Both the position numbers and the translations under genes were made by a program. The notes beneath the pieces were generated by a model. That model saw only the letters and a list, made by a program, of their open reading frames with translations, had not been told where the DNA came from and did no database searches. A stretch of 54,675 nt of DNA from Verrucomicrobiota bacterium (lineage in GTDB: Bacteria; Verrucomicrobiota; Lentisphaeria; Lentisphaerales; Lentisphaeraceae): positions 1-54,675 of the forward strand of contig JBDKFG010000053.1 of NCBI GenBank assembly GCA_039798785.1. The letters run 5' to 3'. The first letter of the stretch is position 1. The number at the start of each line of letters is the position of its first letter. Below are positions 36,459-46,446 of this stretch, one piece after another.

Positions 36459-36491
36459 AGATCAGTCGGATCGCTGGGATCGGACTGATCT
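36459..36491. repeat. GATC-rich palindrome (REP-like hairpin)
   Basis: AGATCAGTCGGATC-N5-GATCGGACTGATCT; a related hairpin lies at 51546-51575. Confidence 0.65.
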
Positions 36492-36509
36492 GCTAGCCTT
36501 GTGGAAGGC

Positions 36510-37292
36510 TCAGTCGACGGTGCACTTGCGGTCGAGGTGGGTGTAACCGCCGTCGGGATAGATGATTTGCCCAGTGGTGTGACTCGACACTTCGGAAGCC
36601 AGGAAAACCACCATCGCGCCAAGCTCGTGTAAAGTCGTCATCCGGCGTTCGAAGGGAATCATCTTCTCGATTTTAGCCACCATCGCCTGCGGGTTATCGA
36701 GGGTCTTCAGCCACTTCTCGTAGAGCGGCGTCATCACTTCGGCAGGGGACACGGTGTTGACCCGGATCGAATGCTTGGCCAGATCCAAGGCCCACTCACG
36801 CGTCAAGGCGTTCATCGCGCCTTTGGAAGCTGCATAGCCGCTAGTGCCTCCCTGGCCCGTTTCAGCCACTTTCGATGAGATATTGACGATGTTGCCCTTG
36901 CTCGCCTTCAGCGCCGGCAGGGCGAAGTGAAGCAGATCGTAGACGTGGAGAATGTTCCTCTGCAAGGATTCCCGGAAGGCCTCAGGCCCCGATTCCAGCG
37001 AGGCGCCGTCATTGACACCGGCATTGTTCACCAAGACGTCAATCCGCCCGAAGGCCTTCAAAGTCTCGTCGACGACTTTCTTGGCAGCGGCGGTCGGCCC
37101 CAGCTCGACGTCGATGAACAGGGTGCGAGTCCGCTTGCCTAGCTGCTGCATGAAATCCAGCGCCTCGGGTGAACTGCGAGAAGCCACCACCACCACCGCG
37201 CCCTCTTGTGCAAAAAGCTCGGAAATCCCGGCCCCGATGCCCCGGGCACCGCCAGTCACGATGACCACTTTGTCCTTCAGTTTCAGATCCAT
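36510..37292 (-). CDS. SDR oxidoreductase (L-fucose dehydrogenase-like)
   Basis: TGGARGIG, NNAGVND, GQGGTSGYAASKG, AEVMTPLY, SHTTGQ..DGGYTHLDR. Confidence 0.88.
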   Translation of the reverse strand: MDLKLKDKVVIVTGGARGIGAGISELFAQEGAVVVVASRSSPEALDFMQQLGKRTRTLFIDVELGPTAAAKKVVDETLKAFGRIDVLVNNAGVNDGASLESGPEAFRESLQRNILHVYDLLHFALPALKASKGNIVNISSKVAETGQGGTSGYAASKGAMNALTREWALDLAKHSIRVNTVSPAEVMTPLYEKWLKTLDNPQAMVAKIEKMIPFERRMTTLHELGAMVVFLASEVSSHTTGQIIYPDGGYTHLDRKCTVD

Positions 37293-37786
37293 GGATTCCA
37301 CCTTTATTGCTAGAGTTTTCGTGATGATTGAGCTACACCCCTAGTATAATACCAATTTATCCCCGGTGCAGCCCCTGATTCTGATGATTTTTGCCAGAAT
37401 GCCATCAAAAGCAACAGGAATCTCCGACACCTTGAATCCATCCTACTCAGCTCAACCTCGATTCCGAAGCTGAAACTGTGAGTCAGTCTTCAATCTTGAA
37501 TGTTAAATCTTTGATTTTGTGCGCGTTCTGTTGAATCTTGAATTTTGAATCTCAATCCCCGAAATCGAAATCACGACGTCACCGCCTTGATCGACACATC
37601 TTGCCTGCAAGCGCCAAGACGACTTCAGATTCCTCGGCCCGGAACCACCAGTCTCGACAGAATACAGGATAAAGTCCGATTTTATCAATTGCATAAAAAT
37701 CCCTCGATCCACGCCTTGCCAAAATTTTATTTTGGCGACAATGTAATATGTGCAGCTAAAAAACCACCCCAACCCAAGGACCCCCA

Positions 37787-38797
37787 ATGAGAAAGATCAT
37801 CGTCAAAGCCGCCGATTGGAAAGGACTCTTCCCCGCCATCACCACTACCATGACCAAAACCGGCGAGATCGACCTGAAGGCGACTGCGGCGCATGTCGAC
37901 TATCTCATCGCATCCGGCTGCTCGGGCATCATCTTCCTCGGTTCGCTGGGGGAAAACCAAACCCTCCTTCCTGAAGAGAAGCGCAGCTTCCTGAAGGCGA
38001 TGATCAAGCATGTCTCCGCTCGTGTCCCGGTCCTTTCGGGCGTTGCCGAAAGCTCGACCCGCGCCGCCATCGCCTACGTCAAGGAGTTGGAGAAGATGGG
38101 AGCCGACGGCTACATGCTGATGCCTTCGATGCTTTATCGCGGGGACCGCAAGGAGATTCTCACCTGGTTCCGCAGCATTGCCAGCAGCAGCTCGCTGCCG
38201 GTGATGATCTACAACAATCCGATCGCCTACTTCAACGACCTCACTCCGGACATGCTGGCCGAGCTGTCCGATGTGCCGCAGTTCCATGCGATCAAGGAAT
38301 CCTCAGGCGACACCCGCCGAATCACCGCCATCCACAACACCCTGCCGGGCCGCTATCGCCTCTTCACCGGGGTCGACAACCTCGCCCTCGAGTCGCACGT
38401 CCTCGGCCTCGACGGCTGGGTCAACGGCACCGGCATCGCCTTCCAAGAAGAGAACCAGTGCCAGTGGGAACTGATGAACGCCGGCCGCTACGCCGAAGCC
38501 CGCGAGATCTATCGCTGGTTCTCTCCGCTGCTCGACCTGGATGTCAGCACCAAATTCGTGCAGAACATCAAGCTCGCCTGCGAAGCCGTCGGCCTGGGCA
38601 AGGCCTACGTCCGGGAACCTCGCATGGATCTGAGCGGTGACGAACTCAAGCGTGTCAAAGCGGTGATTGCCACCGGCATCAAGAACCGCCCGGACCTGAA
38701 GAAATTCGGTTGGAAAGGCCCCGGCTCGATCGACAAGAATTACGCCCGCAAAGTTGCCAAGTCGACGAGCAAAGCTGCAAGCAAGACCAAAGCCTGA
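37787..38797 (+). CDS. DapA/DHDPS-family lyase (resembles hydroxyproline-pathway deaminases)
   Basis: WKGLFPAITT, GSLGE, MIYNNP, AIKESSGD, KFVQNIKL; Lys/Ala-rich tail. Confidence 0.85.
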   Translation: MRKIIVKAADWKGLFPAITTTMTKTGEIDLKATAAHVDYLIASGCSGIIFLGSLGENQTLLPEEKRSFLKAMIKHVSARVPVLSGVAESSTRAAIAYVKELEKMGADGYMLMPSMLYRGDRKEILTWFRSIASSSSLPVMIYNNPIAYFNDLTPDMLAELSDVPQFHAIKESSGDTRRITAIHNTLPGRYRLFTGVDNLALESHVLGLDGWVNGTGIAFQEENQCQWELMNAGRYAEAREIYRWFSPLLDLDVSTKFVQNIKLACEAVGLGKAYVREPRMDLSGDELKRVKAVIATGIKNRPDLKKFGWKGPGSIDKNYARKVAKSTSKAASKTKA

Positions 38798-38825
38798 TCG
38801 CCGACCCCCGAAACGATAGCCCCGC

Positions 38826-38855
38826 AGCGGCCGGTCCCCCAGGATCGGCCGCTTT
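38826..38855 (+). terminator. Probable terminator
   Basis: AGCGGCCGGTCC/GGATCGGCCGCT stem followed by TT. Confidence 0.5.
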
Positions 38856-38951
38856 CGCGATTATCGGAAGTCAAGCGGCTCCGCCCCCTTGCCCGGATGC
38901 ATCTACAGGTTATTTTGTGCGGCTCTTTCACCCAGCAACCCAGGCAGACAC

Positions 38952-40949
38952 ATGTTCTCCTCGATTCACACCTCGTACAAGAAACACACCAAGGCGGCCT
39001 CCATCGTCTTCGGCCTGATCGTCATCATCTTCGTCACCTTCCTCTCCGGCGTCAACCCCTTGACCATGATCGGAGACAACGGCTCACGCGATTACGGCAC
39101 CCTCAACGGCCGCAACATCGACGCCGACGAGTACCAGACGATGTTCGAGCGCTGGAAACCCAGCCACCTGCTCACCAGCCCGATCCGCCGCATCGACGTC
39201 AACGACATCGAGTACATCCAGGATGTCCTCCTTCATGCCGCCCGACTGGAAAAGATCAACGCCGAGATCGAGGCGAAAAAGTTCACTCCGAAAGCCCTCG
39301 ACATGAAGCGCAAGGAAGATGTCGAACGCGCTGCAGAAATCGTCAACAACCGTTTCATGAGCAATCTCTTTCAGTTGATGCAGAGCGGGCGCATCAACCA
39401 GCAGATGGCCATATCGCTCATCGGCAGCAAGCTCGACGAACGCATCAAGAGTCTCCGCGAAAACCTCTTGATCCCCGGCCCGAGTATCGACGCCGCGATC
39501 CAGGACCTGGTGCTGATCGCAGATTATGAACAGATGCTCACCGCCGGCATCAAGGAAGACGCAGTGATCGAGAGAGAGAATGCCCGCCTTGCCACCCGAC
39601 GCTACGAAGTCCGCAGCCTTAATGTCAACAGCGCCGACGAAGCCGACAAGATTCTCAAGGCCGAACAGAAGAAACAAGCCATCTCCCAGCCCTTCGCCGA
39701 GTGCAAGGACCGCCTTCTGCTCAATCTCTACAAGCCGGAAGCCGAAAAAGAATTCGCCCGCCTTCTCAAGACCCGTTTCACCGTCGGAGAATCCCTGGAA
39801 GTCCTCGAGGTGAAATTCACTGCCAAGTCGCAAGAAGCCGCCATCAAGCTCGAAGACAGCGAAATCAAGAAGCTTTACGAAGAACGCCAGGCTCAATTCA
39901 AGCGCCAGCAATTCAAAGGCTGCATCATCAGCAGCGCCGTCACTCCGGAAACCGACTCCAATGTCTCGCTGAAGCTCGCCGGACTGATCCTCGCAGCCAA
40001 GGCTGGCACCCTCAAAGCCGATGCCGACAAGGACATTCATGTGCAGAACTTCGAAGAATGGCAGGACACCGGGATGTTCGCCCGCGCCCCCGATTCCGCA
40101 CTGTCGAAATTCATCGCCGCAGCCACTAAGGGCAGCGACTCGGGTGTGATTGAACTCTCCCCCGGCTACAAAGGCGTGGTCGTGGTCAGGGACATCCGCG
40201 CCGAAGTGCCGCAGGAAGAAGCCTTCACCATGCTCCGCAAGAGCGAGACCGAGCGCCGCTCCGCCCGCCTCGCCAATGAAATCGCTCGCAAATACGTCGA
40301 GGATCTCAAGCTCGTCACCGGCGACAAGCTGCTCGAAGAAGCTCGCAAATCCGCCACTCAGCTCGGCGCCACTTTGAGCAGTCACCCCGCCGTCGAAAGA
40401 AGCAAGATCCTCCCCTCCTCATGGGGACGACTCACGCAGGAAAACCCAGTCTCGCCCGCCACCTCCAGCCAAGGCGGCAGCGAAGTCAGTGTCGGCATCC
40501 TCGCCAAGATCGTCCCTGAACACCCCCTGAATTTCGGCGAGAACGGCAGCGACCTCATTCTCTGCCGCGAACTCAACCAGACCGAAGGCGCCAAGAATGC
40601 CGAAGCCGAAGCCGCCAAAATCAAGGCTGAACTGGACAAGCTCGATGACAAGGCTCTCGCCGAGCGCCTCGACGCCCTCAAGTTCGGCAAACTCCAAAAG
40701 GCCTCGGAAGCCAGCCTCGCCGCCGATCTCAGCAGCCGCGAATACAAGAAGGGAGCCCTGATCGTCACGCCCGGTGCCCTCGGCAGCGAACTCCTCTGGA
40801 TCGCCAATGCCACCGACGCCGATGACAAGACGATCACCGACAAAGCCCAGCAATTGGCTGCGATGAAGGCCAACCAGGCCCGCAACAAGAAACTCTTCGA
40901 AGAAGAGTCGCAACTGCTGAAGAACATCAAGATCGGCGTCGAAAAGTGA
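38952..40949 (+). CDS. PpiD/SurA-N-like membrane-anchored periplasmic chaperone
   Basis: N-terminal TM anchor (VFGLIVIIFVTF), YGTLNGRNI, EDSEIKKLYEERQAQF; no clear intact parvulin motif. Confidence 0.6.
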   Translation: MFSSIHTSYKKHTKAASIVFGLIVIIFVTFLSGVNPLTMIGDNGSRDYGTLNGRNIDADEYQTMFERWKPSHLLTSPIRRIDVNDIEYIQDVLLHAARLEKINAEIEAKKFTPKALDMKRKEDVERAAEIVNNRFMSNLFQLMQSGRINQQMAISLIGSKLDERIKSLRENLLIPGPSIDAAIQDLVLIADYEQMLTAGIKEDAVIERENARLATRRYEVRSLNVNSADEADKILKAEQKKQAISQPFAECKDRLLLNLYKPEAEKEFARLLKTRFTVGESLEVLEVKFTAKSQEAAIKLEDSEIKKLYEERQAQFKRQQFKGCIISSAVTPETDSNVSLKLAGLILAAKAGTLKADADKDIHVQNFEEWQDTGMFARAPDSALSKFIAAATKGSDSGVIELSPGYKGVVVVRDIRAEVPQEEAFTMLRKSETERRSARLANEIARKYVEDLKLVTGDKLLEEARKSATQLGATLSSHPAVERSKILPSSWGRLTQENPVSPATSSQGGSEVSVGILAKIVPEHPLNFGENGSDLILCRELNQTEGAKNAEAEAAKIKAELDKLDDKALAERLDALKFGKLQKASEASLAADLSSREYKKGALIVTPGALGSELLWIANATDADDKTITDKAQQLAAMKANQARNKKLFEEESQLLKNIKIGVEK

Positions 40950-41299
40950 AAGTCTACGCTTACGCCAATTGCGGCACCTGCCGCAAAGCCCTCAAGCTCG
41001 CTGCAGAGCTCGGGGTCAAGGCGGAGGTCCTGCCGATCCGCGAACAGCCGCCCGCCAACCAGGAGTTGCGGCACGCCCTCTCCACCTGCGGCGGACAGGT
41101 GCGCCGCCTCTTCAACACCTCCGGTGTCAGTTATCGCGAAGGCAAGTACAGCGAACGCCTTCCCGGCATGACCATCGATGAAGCTCTGTCGCAGCTCAGC
41201 CACGACGGCAACCTGGTGAAACGCCCTCTCGCCTTCCTCCCCGACGGACGTGTCCTGATCGGCTTCGATGAAGCGGAGTGGCGCGCCGCCCTCTCTTGA
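40946..41299 (+). CDS. ArsC/Spx (YffB-like) family protein
   Basis: NCGTCRKA, FNTSGVSYRE, GNLVKRP, IGFDE. Confidence 0.9.
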   Translation: MKVYAYANCGTCRKALKLAAELGVKAEVLPIREQPPANQELRHALSTCGGQVRRLFNTSGVSYREGKYSERLPGMTIDEALSQLSHDGNLVKRPLAFLPDGRVLIGFDEAEWRAALS

Positions 41300-41320
41300 A
41301 TCTCCGAAGGAGTGCCCCCA

Positions 41321-41968
41321 ATGATCATTGACCTCTACGTCGACATCATCTCGCCTTACACCTACCTCGGCCTCGAGCTCTGGGAGCGCAGCCCCCTCCG
41401 CCAGCAGCACAAGACACGGATCATCCCGGTCGCCCTCGGACAGATCCTTGAAGCCACCGGCAACCCAGGCCCCGCCCGCATCCCCGCCAAACGCCCCCAA
41501 GCCCTGCGCGATGTCTGCATGCAATGCGCCCGCTTCGGCGTCGAAATTCAAGGCCCCCCGGGCCACCCCTTCAACACCCTTCCGGCCATGCGCTTCCTGC
41601 TCTGCATCGAAGATCTTGAGCTGCGCCACCGCATCACTCTCCTGCTTTTCCGTGCCGCCTGGGCAAAATCTGTCGCCGTCGACTCCGAAGAACGCATCGC
41701 CGCCATCCTCCGCGAAGCTGGTGAAATGCGCCCGGAATGGGAAGATCTCGACGGCTTCATCAAAAAAGCCGGCGGCCGCAACCTCTATAAAATCGCCACC
41801 AACGAAGCCATCGCTAAAGGCGTCTTCGGCGTCCCCACCTTCCGCATCGGCGAAATGAACATCTGGGGCTCGGACCGCATCGGCCTGATCGAGGACTGGC
41901 TGGCACACCCAGAACGTTACCCGCTCGACAACTACCAGCGCATGCTCAATCTGCCCAGCGGTCTCTGA
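41321..41968 (+). CDS. 2-hydroxychromene-2-carboxylate isomerase / DsbA-like (GST kappa) protein
   Basis: DIISPYTYL, HPFNTL, GVFGVPTF, WGSDR. Confidence 0.88.
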   Translation: MIIDLYVDIISPYTYLGLELWERSPLRQQHKTRIIPVALGQILEATGNPGPARIPAKRPQALRDVCMQCARFGVEIQGPPGHPFNTLPAMRFLLCIEDLELRHRITLLLFRAAWAKSVAVDSEERIAAILREAGEMRPEWEDLDGFIKKAGGRNLYKIATNEAIAKGVFGVPTFRIGEMNIWGSDRIGLIEDWLAHPERYPLDNYQRMLNLPSGL

Positions 41969-42026
41969 GCTGCTCCAGATCCTCCTACCGCCCCCATGAC
42001 CGGATCGGGATTCGCTGTTTCAGGAG

Positions 42027-42056
42027 TCCGAAGTCAGCACAAGGCCGACTTCGGAA
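42027..42056. terminator. Hairpin between convergent genes
   Basis: TCCGAAGTC..GACTTCGGA stem. Confidence 0.45.
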
Positions 42057-42068
42057 GGCATGATCCAC

Positions 42069-42935
42069 TCAAGGGACGCCGGTGAACCCCGAAAGATCTT
42101 CTTGATCGGGCAAGCCGTTCTCGATCCACCACTTGATCCGAGCCAAGTCCTGGGTGTCTGGACGACACTTCACCTTTTTCGGAGGCATCACCTCTTCGTC
42201 TTCGATATCCTTGTTCATCATCTCCCACGCCAGAGATTGCGCCAAGTCGCGAGCGACAAAGCTGGGGCCGGTGTCACCACCTTTCAGCGTCGCTGCATAC
42301 GAATCGAGACGAAGCTTGCCTTTGACCTTGCTGGCACCATGGCACTCGGTGCATGACTTCTCAAAGATCGGCATCACCAAGGTCTGGAAGGCCGGCCTGG
42401 CGATTTTAGCCTTGGCAACGGGCGCGCTGACCGGCGCGGCATCGCCAGGGGGAGGCATGGCAGTACCGGATGGCGTTTCCTCCGTTTGCAGCCAGGACTT
42501 CAGGGGGTCCGGCAGTTTTTCCGTGAGGAAATCGTCGCCGTGAGAGAGTCCGCCGCCAAGATGCCCGGTGGCAGTCATGGCGGCCAGGACGAGGGCTAGT
42601 CCGGTGAGCTGCAGCGGCCGCGACGCCTCTTTCCAGGACAAAGCGGCGGCGATGCAGGCGAGGATGGCGGTGGCGATGCCGAAGTTGCGATGCAGGATCA
42701 TGTCCTGCGAGGCTTTGTCCCCCATCAAGCTGAGGCCGGTGATGACGGAGAGGACCGCCGTAGCTGCGGCGAAAACATAAAGGATCGGCAAGGCTTCACG
42801 GGCTTTCCTGGCCTTCTCCGAGAAGAGGGCCAGAGACTCGATCAGGGCGATCGCCGAAAAGACCCCGATGGGCAGATGGAGAAGCAGGATGTGGAAGGGA
42901 CCGATGGAGTCCCAAAGCGTGTAGGCTGCAATCAT
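42069..42935 (-). CDS. Membrane protein (DUF2231-like) fused to a planctomycete-type cytochrome c domain
   Basis: FHILLLHLPIG, TGHLGGGLSHG, CTECHG..KGKLRLD, MPP, WIENG. Confidence 0.85.
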   Translation of the reverse strand: MIAAYTLWDSIGPFHILLLHLPIGVFSAIALIESLALFSEKARKAREALPILYVFAAATAVLSVITGLSLMGDKASQDMILHRNFGIATAILACIAAALSWKEASRPLQLTGLALVLAAMTATGHLGGGLSHGDDFLTEKLPDPLKSWLQTEETPSGTAMPPPGDAAPVSAPVAKAKIARPAFQTLVMPIFEKSCTECHGASKVKGKLRLDSYAATLKGGDTGPSFVARDLAQSLAWEMMNKDIEDEEVMPPKKVKCRPDTQDLARIKWWIENGLPDQEDLSGFTGVP

Positions 42936-42982
42936 GGATCAAACCTCCGGATTTATACGATCCGTTTCTGATCGGCCGCAGC

Positions 42983-43939
42983 TTAGTTGGTTCCAGTTCC
43001 GGCGCCGAAAAACTTCTGGATTTCAGCAAAGGTGCAAGCCGTGACCTGCAGCTGCTCGACCTTGCCTTTGACGGCGATCTGATGGCGTCCTCCGATGCTG
43101 AGATCGGCCGGCAGCAGGGCGCTGAACGGCGCATTCATCACCAGATCGCAGCCAAGATCCTTGGTCGAGCTCTCAAGACGGAAGGCGGTGTTGACGACAT
43201 CGCCCAGGATGGTGTTGTCGGCGCCGATTCCAACCGCGGCATCCCCCTTGTTCAGGCCGACACCGATGTGGAGCTCGCGCGTCAACTCGGGAAAACGCTG
43301 CGACAGGCCACGGGTCAGGACATCCAGCTGCAGAGCGGTGCGCAGGGCTGCAGTGGCGGCGCTGGCGTCATTGCGCTCGACTTCCCACTTGGCCAGAACG
43401 CAGTCTCCGATGAATTTATCGACGACACCGCCGTTGCGCTCAACCGTCTCCTGCACCGCCTGGAACCAATAGCTCATCACCTTGGTGAGAAGATCGATGG
43501 GGATCGACTCGGAGAGTGCGGTGAAGCCGCGGATGTCGGAGACCAGCACCACCACCGAGCGGATGTCGGCGCGGACGTAATGCATGGTTTCGGCAAAGTT
43601 GGTGCCGGCCTTGGTCGAAACGTTGTTGTTGACGGTTTCGTCGAGGCTGGCCTGCTGGATGAAGGTGATCTGAGTCTCGCCGATGACGACTCGGTCGTTC
43701 GATTTCAGCTGCACCGGCGCGCTGATGCGGCGCGAATTGAGGAAGACGCCGTTGCGCGAACCGGAGTCTAGGACGTAGTAGTCCTTGCCGATGGCTCGGA
43801 TGATGGCATGGCTGCGGGAGGACAGCGGATCGGAAATCCAAAGGCCGTTGGAACGGTCTCGCCCGATGGTCAGAACCAGAGGGCAAGGCATGCTCTCGGT
43901 GCGACCGTCATGGTGTCTGATTTCCAAATGAGCTGACAT
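42983..43939 (-). CDS. FHA domain + class III adenylate/guanylate cyclase
   Basis: FHA: IGR, SRSHA, DSGSRNG. Cyclase: SDIRGFT, DKFIGD, GDVVNTAFRLE, VKGK. Confidence 0.92.
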   Translation of the reverse strand: MSAHLEIRHHDGRTESMPCPLVLTIGRDRSNGLWISDPLSSRSHAIIRAIGKDYYVLDSGSRNGVFLNSRRISAPVQLKSNDRVVIGETQITFIQQASLDETVNNNVSTKAGTNFAETMHYVRADIRSVVVLVSDIRGFTALSESIPIDLLTKVMSYWFQAVQETVERNGGVVDKFIGDCVLAKWEVERNDASAATAALRTALQLDVLTRGLSQRFPELTRELHIGVGLNKGDAAVGIGADNTILGDVVNTAFRLESSTKDLGCDLVMNAPFSALLPADLSIGGRHQIAVKGKVEQLQVTACTFAEIQKFFGAGTGTN

Positions 43940-43951
43940 TCAAAGCCGCCG

Positions 43952-44428
43952 TTATTTCTTGGTGAAGGGATGCAGCGCATCTCGGTCGAAGAAGTCGTTG
44001 GTGACCTCCATGAAGCGGTAGAAGCGGCTGCCGAAGGATTTCTCCTGGGCGGCATCAAGCTTGCCGCGCATTTCGATCATCAAGGCGGTGGTCTGCGACA
44101 GACGCTGCGCCAGGATGCGGGAGATGTGGAAGGCAAGCTCGGGCTCGCGCTGCAGAGCCTCGATGGCGTTTTCGATCACCAGGAAGCTGCACTCGGAAGT
44201 GGCGGTCACTTGGGCGATGGTCGGGCTGCCGGTGAGAATGCTGACCTCGCCGAGAACGGCGCCGCGATTGTCGATCTTGCAGATCTCCTGGCCGGAACGG
44301 GTGACCACAACGCCGCCAGATTGCAGAATGTAAATATTTCGCCCCTCCACCCCCTCCTCGATCACCTTGTCTCCGGCTTTGAACTGGACTTGCGGAAGTT
44401 TAAGATCAGCAACTGATGCAAAGCTCAT
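43952..44428 (-). CDS. Stand-alone cyclic-nucleotide-binding domain protein
   Basis: GDKVIEEG, YILQSG, GAVLGEVSIL; no HTH. Confidence 0.85.
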   Translation of the reverse strand: MSFASVADLKLPQVQFKAGDKVIEEGVEGRNIYILQSGGVVVTRSGQEICKIDNRGAVLGEVSILTGSPTIAQVTATSECSFLVIENAIEALQREPELAFHISRILAQRLSQTTALMIEMRGKLDAAQEKSFGSRFYRFMEVTNDFFDRDALHPFTKK

Positions 44429-44533
44429 TTCAGTCTCCTTTGGTTTTCTGGGGGAGGCGCTTCATGTCTATTATACATGGACATAGCGGCAGGCGGCAAG
44501 CGCTTCCACGAAATTTTATCAGCCGGCGCCGCC

Positions 44534-46300
44534 TCAGACTCCGCTGAGCCAGTCCGAGAGTGCATAGACCTGGGCGTCGTCACTGTGCTGGAGTTCTGCA
44601 GCCGCGCGGTCGAAATCCTGGCTCGCGAGATCCAGATAGTGGATCGCCGCCAGACGCTCCCCGTGGAATTCGTCAGCCTCCAGACTGCCCTCGCGATGGC
44701 GGGCGTCGAGCCGGCAGAGGACCGCCAAGCCGGTGTAGAGAGAGATCGCCATCGAGGCAAGCCGGTCGACAGCAAGCTGCTCCTCGACGACATTCTCCTG
44801 ATGGCGGGCCAGGGTCTTCGCCGCCTCCCAGTGGAGACGCTGGAACTTCTGGGCGAATCGGGCAATCCTCTCCTCCATGCCCGGCACGCCGATCGGCAGG
44901 CTAGGCACCGAAACCATCTCGGCCGCCACTTTGGCGCCGTGAGCCAGCAGCTTGCCCAGGGCGAAATGCGTCGCCTCGTGATGCAAAGCCTGCAACTGCA
45001 GGGCGAGGTCGCGCACCCCGACCAGTCCGACGAAATTGCGCAGGACTTCGTTGGCGCCTTCGCCGATCGAATTGAGACGGGCGTCGCGCATCATCCGCTC
45101 GAAAGGCTGGTCGCAGAAGAAGGCCTTGCCGCCATGGATCTGGATGGTCTCGTTGACGATCTCCCATAGCGACTCGCTGGTCGTGACCTTCACCATCGCC
45201 GACTCGAGCATGACGTCATGGCCGCGGTCGAAGAGGGTGGCGCAAAGTTCGGTGGAAGCCTCCATCGCCTGCACCTTGGCGGCGATCCGGGCGATTTTCG
45301 CTTTGATCATGCCGAAGCCGCCGAGGGGACGGCCGAACTGCACCCGGCTGCGTGCATGCTCAAGCGCCTGCTGCAGGCAATAACGGGCGGCTCCGGTGCA
45401 GCAGGCGCCGAAGGTGATCCGACCGAAATTGAGGACATTGAGGGGGATCGACAGCCCCGCGCCTTTTTTCCCGAGAAGATTGCGCGCCGGCACCCGGAGA
45501 TCGCGGAACTCCATCTTCGCCGTCCAGGTGCCCCGGATCCCAGTCTTCTCCATCCGCTTGTCGATGATCACCAGCCCCTTGCAAGGCGCCTCCACCAGGA
45601 AGGCGCTGATCTTCCATTCCCTGCCCTGTGCCGTCTCGACCTCGGTCTTGGCCATCACCGTCAGGCATTCGGCAATGCCGCCGTTGGTGATCCAACGCTT
45701 CTGGCCGTTGATCACGTATTCGTCAGTCGCGGCATCATAGACCGCACGGGTCTGGACGTTGGCGACATCGGAACCGGCTTCAGGCTCGGTCAAGGCGAAT
45801 GCTGCGATCTTGCGGCCGGCGCAAAGATCCGGCAGAAGTCGGCTCTTCTGCTCAGCGTTGCCGTAAAGCAGCAGGGTGCGCAGCCCGATGGATTGATGCG
45901 CATTGACGAAAACTCCGGTCGAGCCGCAGCGTGCCGCGATCTCCTGCATCACTCGGACATAGGCATGGACCGAGAATCCGCCGCCGCCATACTCCTTCGG
46001 CACAGTCATCCCCAGGACCCCCAATTCGCCCAGGCCGAGCACGATATCGCGCGGAATCTCGGCCTCGCGGTCGATCCGGTCCGGATCGAGACGGTATTTC
46101 AGGAAGGTTCGAAGTTCATGAAGGAGCGACTCAAGGCGCGGCAGCTCGTCTTCCGGCGGCCCGCCCCAGGGCAAGGCAAGATCGGCGGCAAATCGTCCGA
46201 GAAACATCTCCTTGGCGAAGCCGCTGGCGCGACGCTCTGAAAAGAGCAGCTCCTCCGCCATCTTCAGCTGCTCGGGGCTCATCCGGTGGATCCTGGACAT
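44534..46300 (-). CDS. Acyl-CoA dehydrogenase (VLCAD-like)
   Basis: AHQSIG, FALTEPEAGSD, KRWITNG, LNFGR, RVQFG, RDAR..IGEGANE. Confidence 0.93.
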   Translation of the reverse strand: MSRIHRMSPEQLKMAEELLFSERRASGFAKEMFLGRFAADLALPWGGPPEDELPRLESLLHELRTFLKYRLDPDRIDREAEIPRDIVLGLGELGVLGMTVPKEYGGGGFSVHAYVRVMQEIAARCGSTGVFVNAHQSIGLRTLLLYGNAEQKSRLLPDLCAGRKIAAFALTEPEAGSDVANVQTRAVYDAATDEYVINGQKRWITNGGIAECLTVMAKTEVETAQGREWKISAFLVEAPCKGLVIIDKRMEKTGIRGTWTAKMEFRDLRVPARNLLGKKGAGLSIPLNVLNFGRITFGACCTGAARYCLQQALEHARSRVQFGRPLGGFGMIKAKIARIAAKVQAMEASTELCATLFDRGHDVMLESAMVKVTTSESLWEIVNETIQIHGGKAFFCDQPFERMMRDARLNSIGEGANEVLRNFVGLVGVRDLALQLQALHHEATHFALGKLLAHGAKVAAEMVSVPSLPIGVPGMEERIARFAQKFQRLHWEAAKTLARHQENVVEEQLAVDRLASMAISLYTGLAVLCRLDARHREGSLEADEFHGERLAAIHYLDLASQDFDRAAAELQHSDDAQVYALSDWLSGV

Positions 46301-46446
46301 GGCTCGGCCTCCCTGTTTTGCGGCAGACGCGTAACGCGGCTCCCACTTAAACATACTGCCCAAGCCCCGGAAAAACCAAGATCCCTCCCAAGGCTTTTTT
46401 GGGGGGGACCGGAATGTCGCGACACCTGCCGCCGAAAGACTGAGGA

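Noticed and set aside
37302..37786. ncRNA or small genes in the long SDR/dapA-like spacer, with AATCTTG-like repeats
   Set aside because: The repeats are few and degenerate and the ORFs lack motifs; most simply a divergent promoter region.
42983..44428. Pycsar/CBASS anti-phage system
   Set aside because: The cyclase is FHA-fused with an ATP-type specificity residue, and the cNMP protein has no TM or TIR effector domain.
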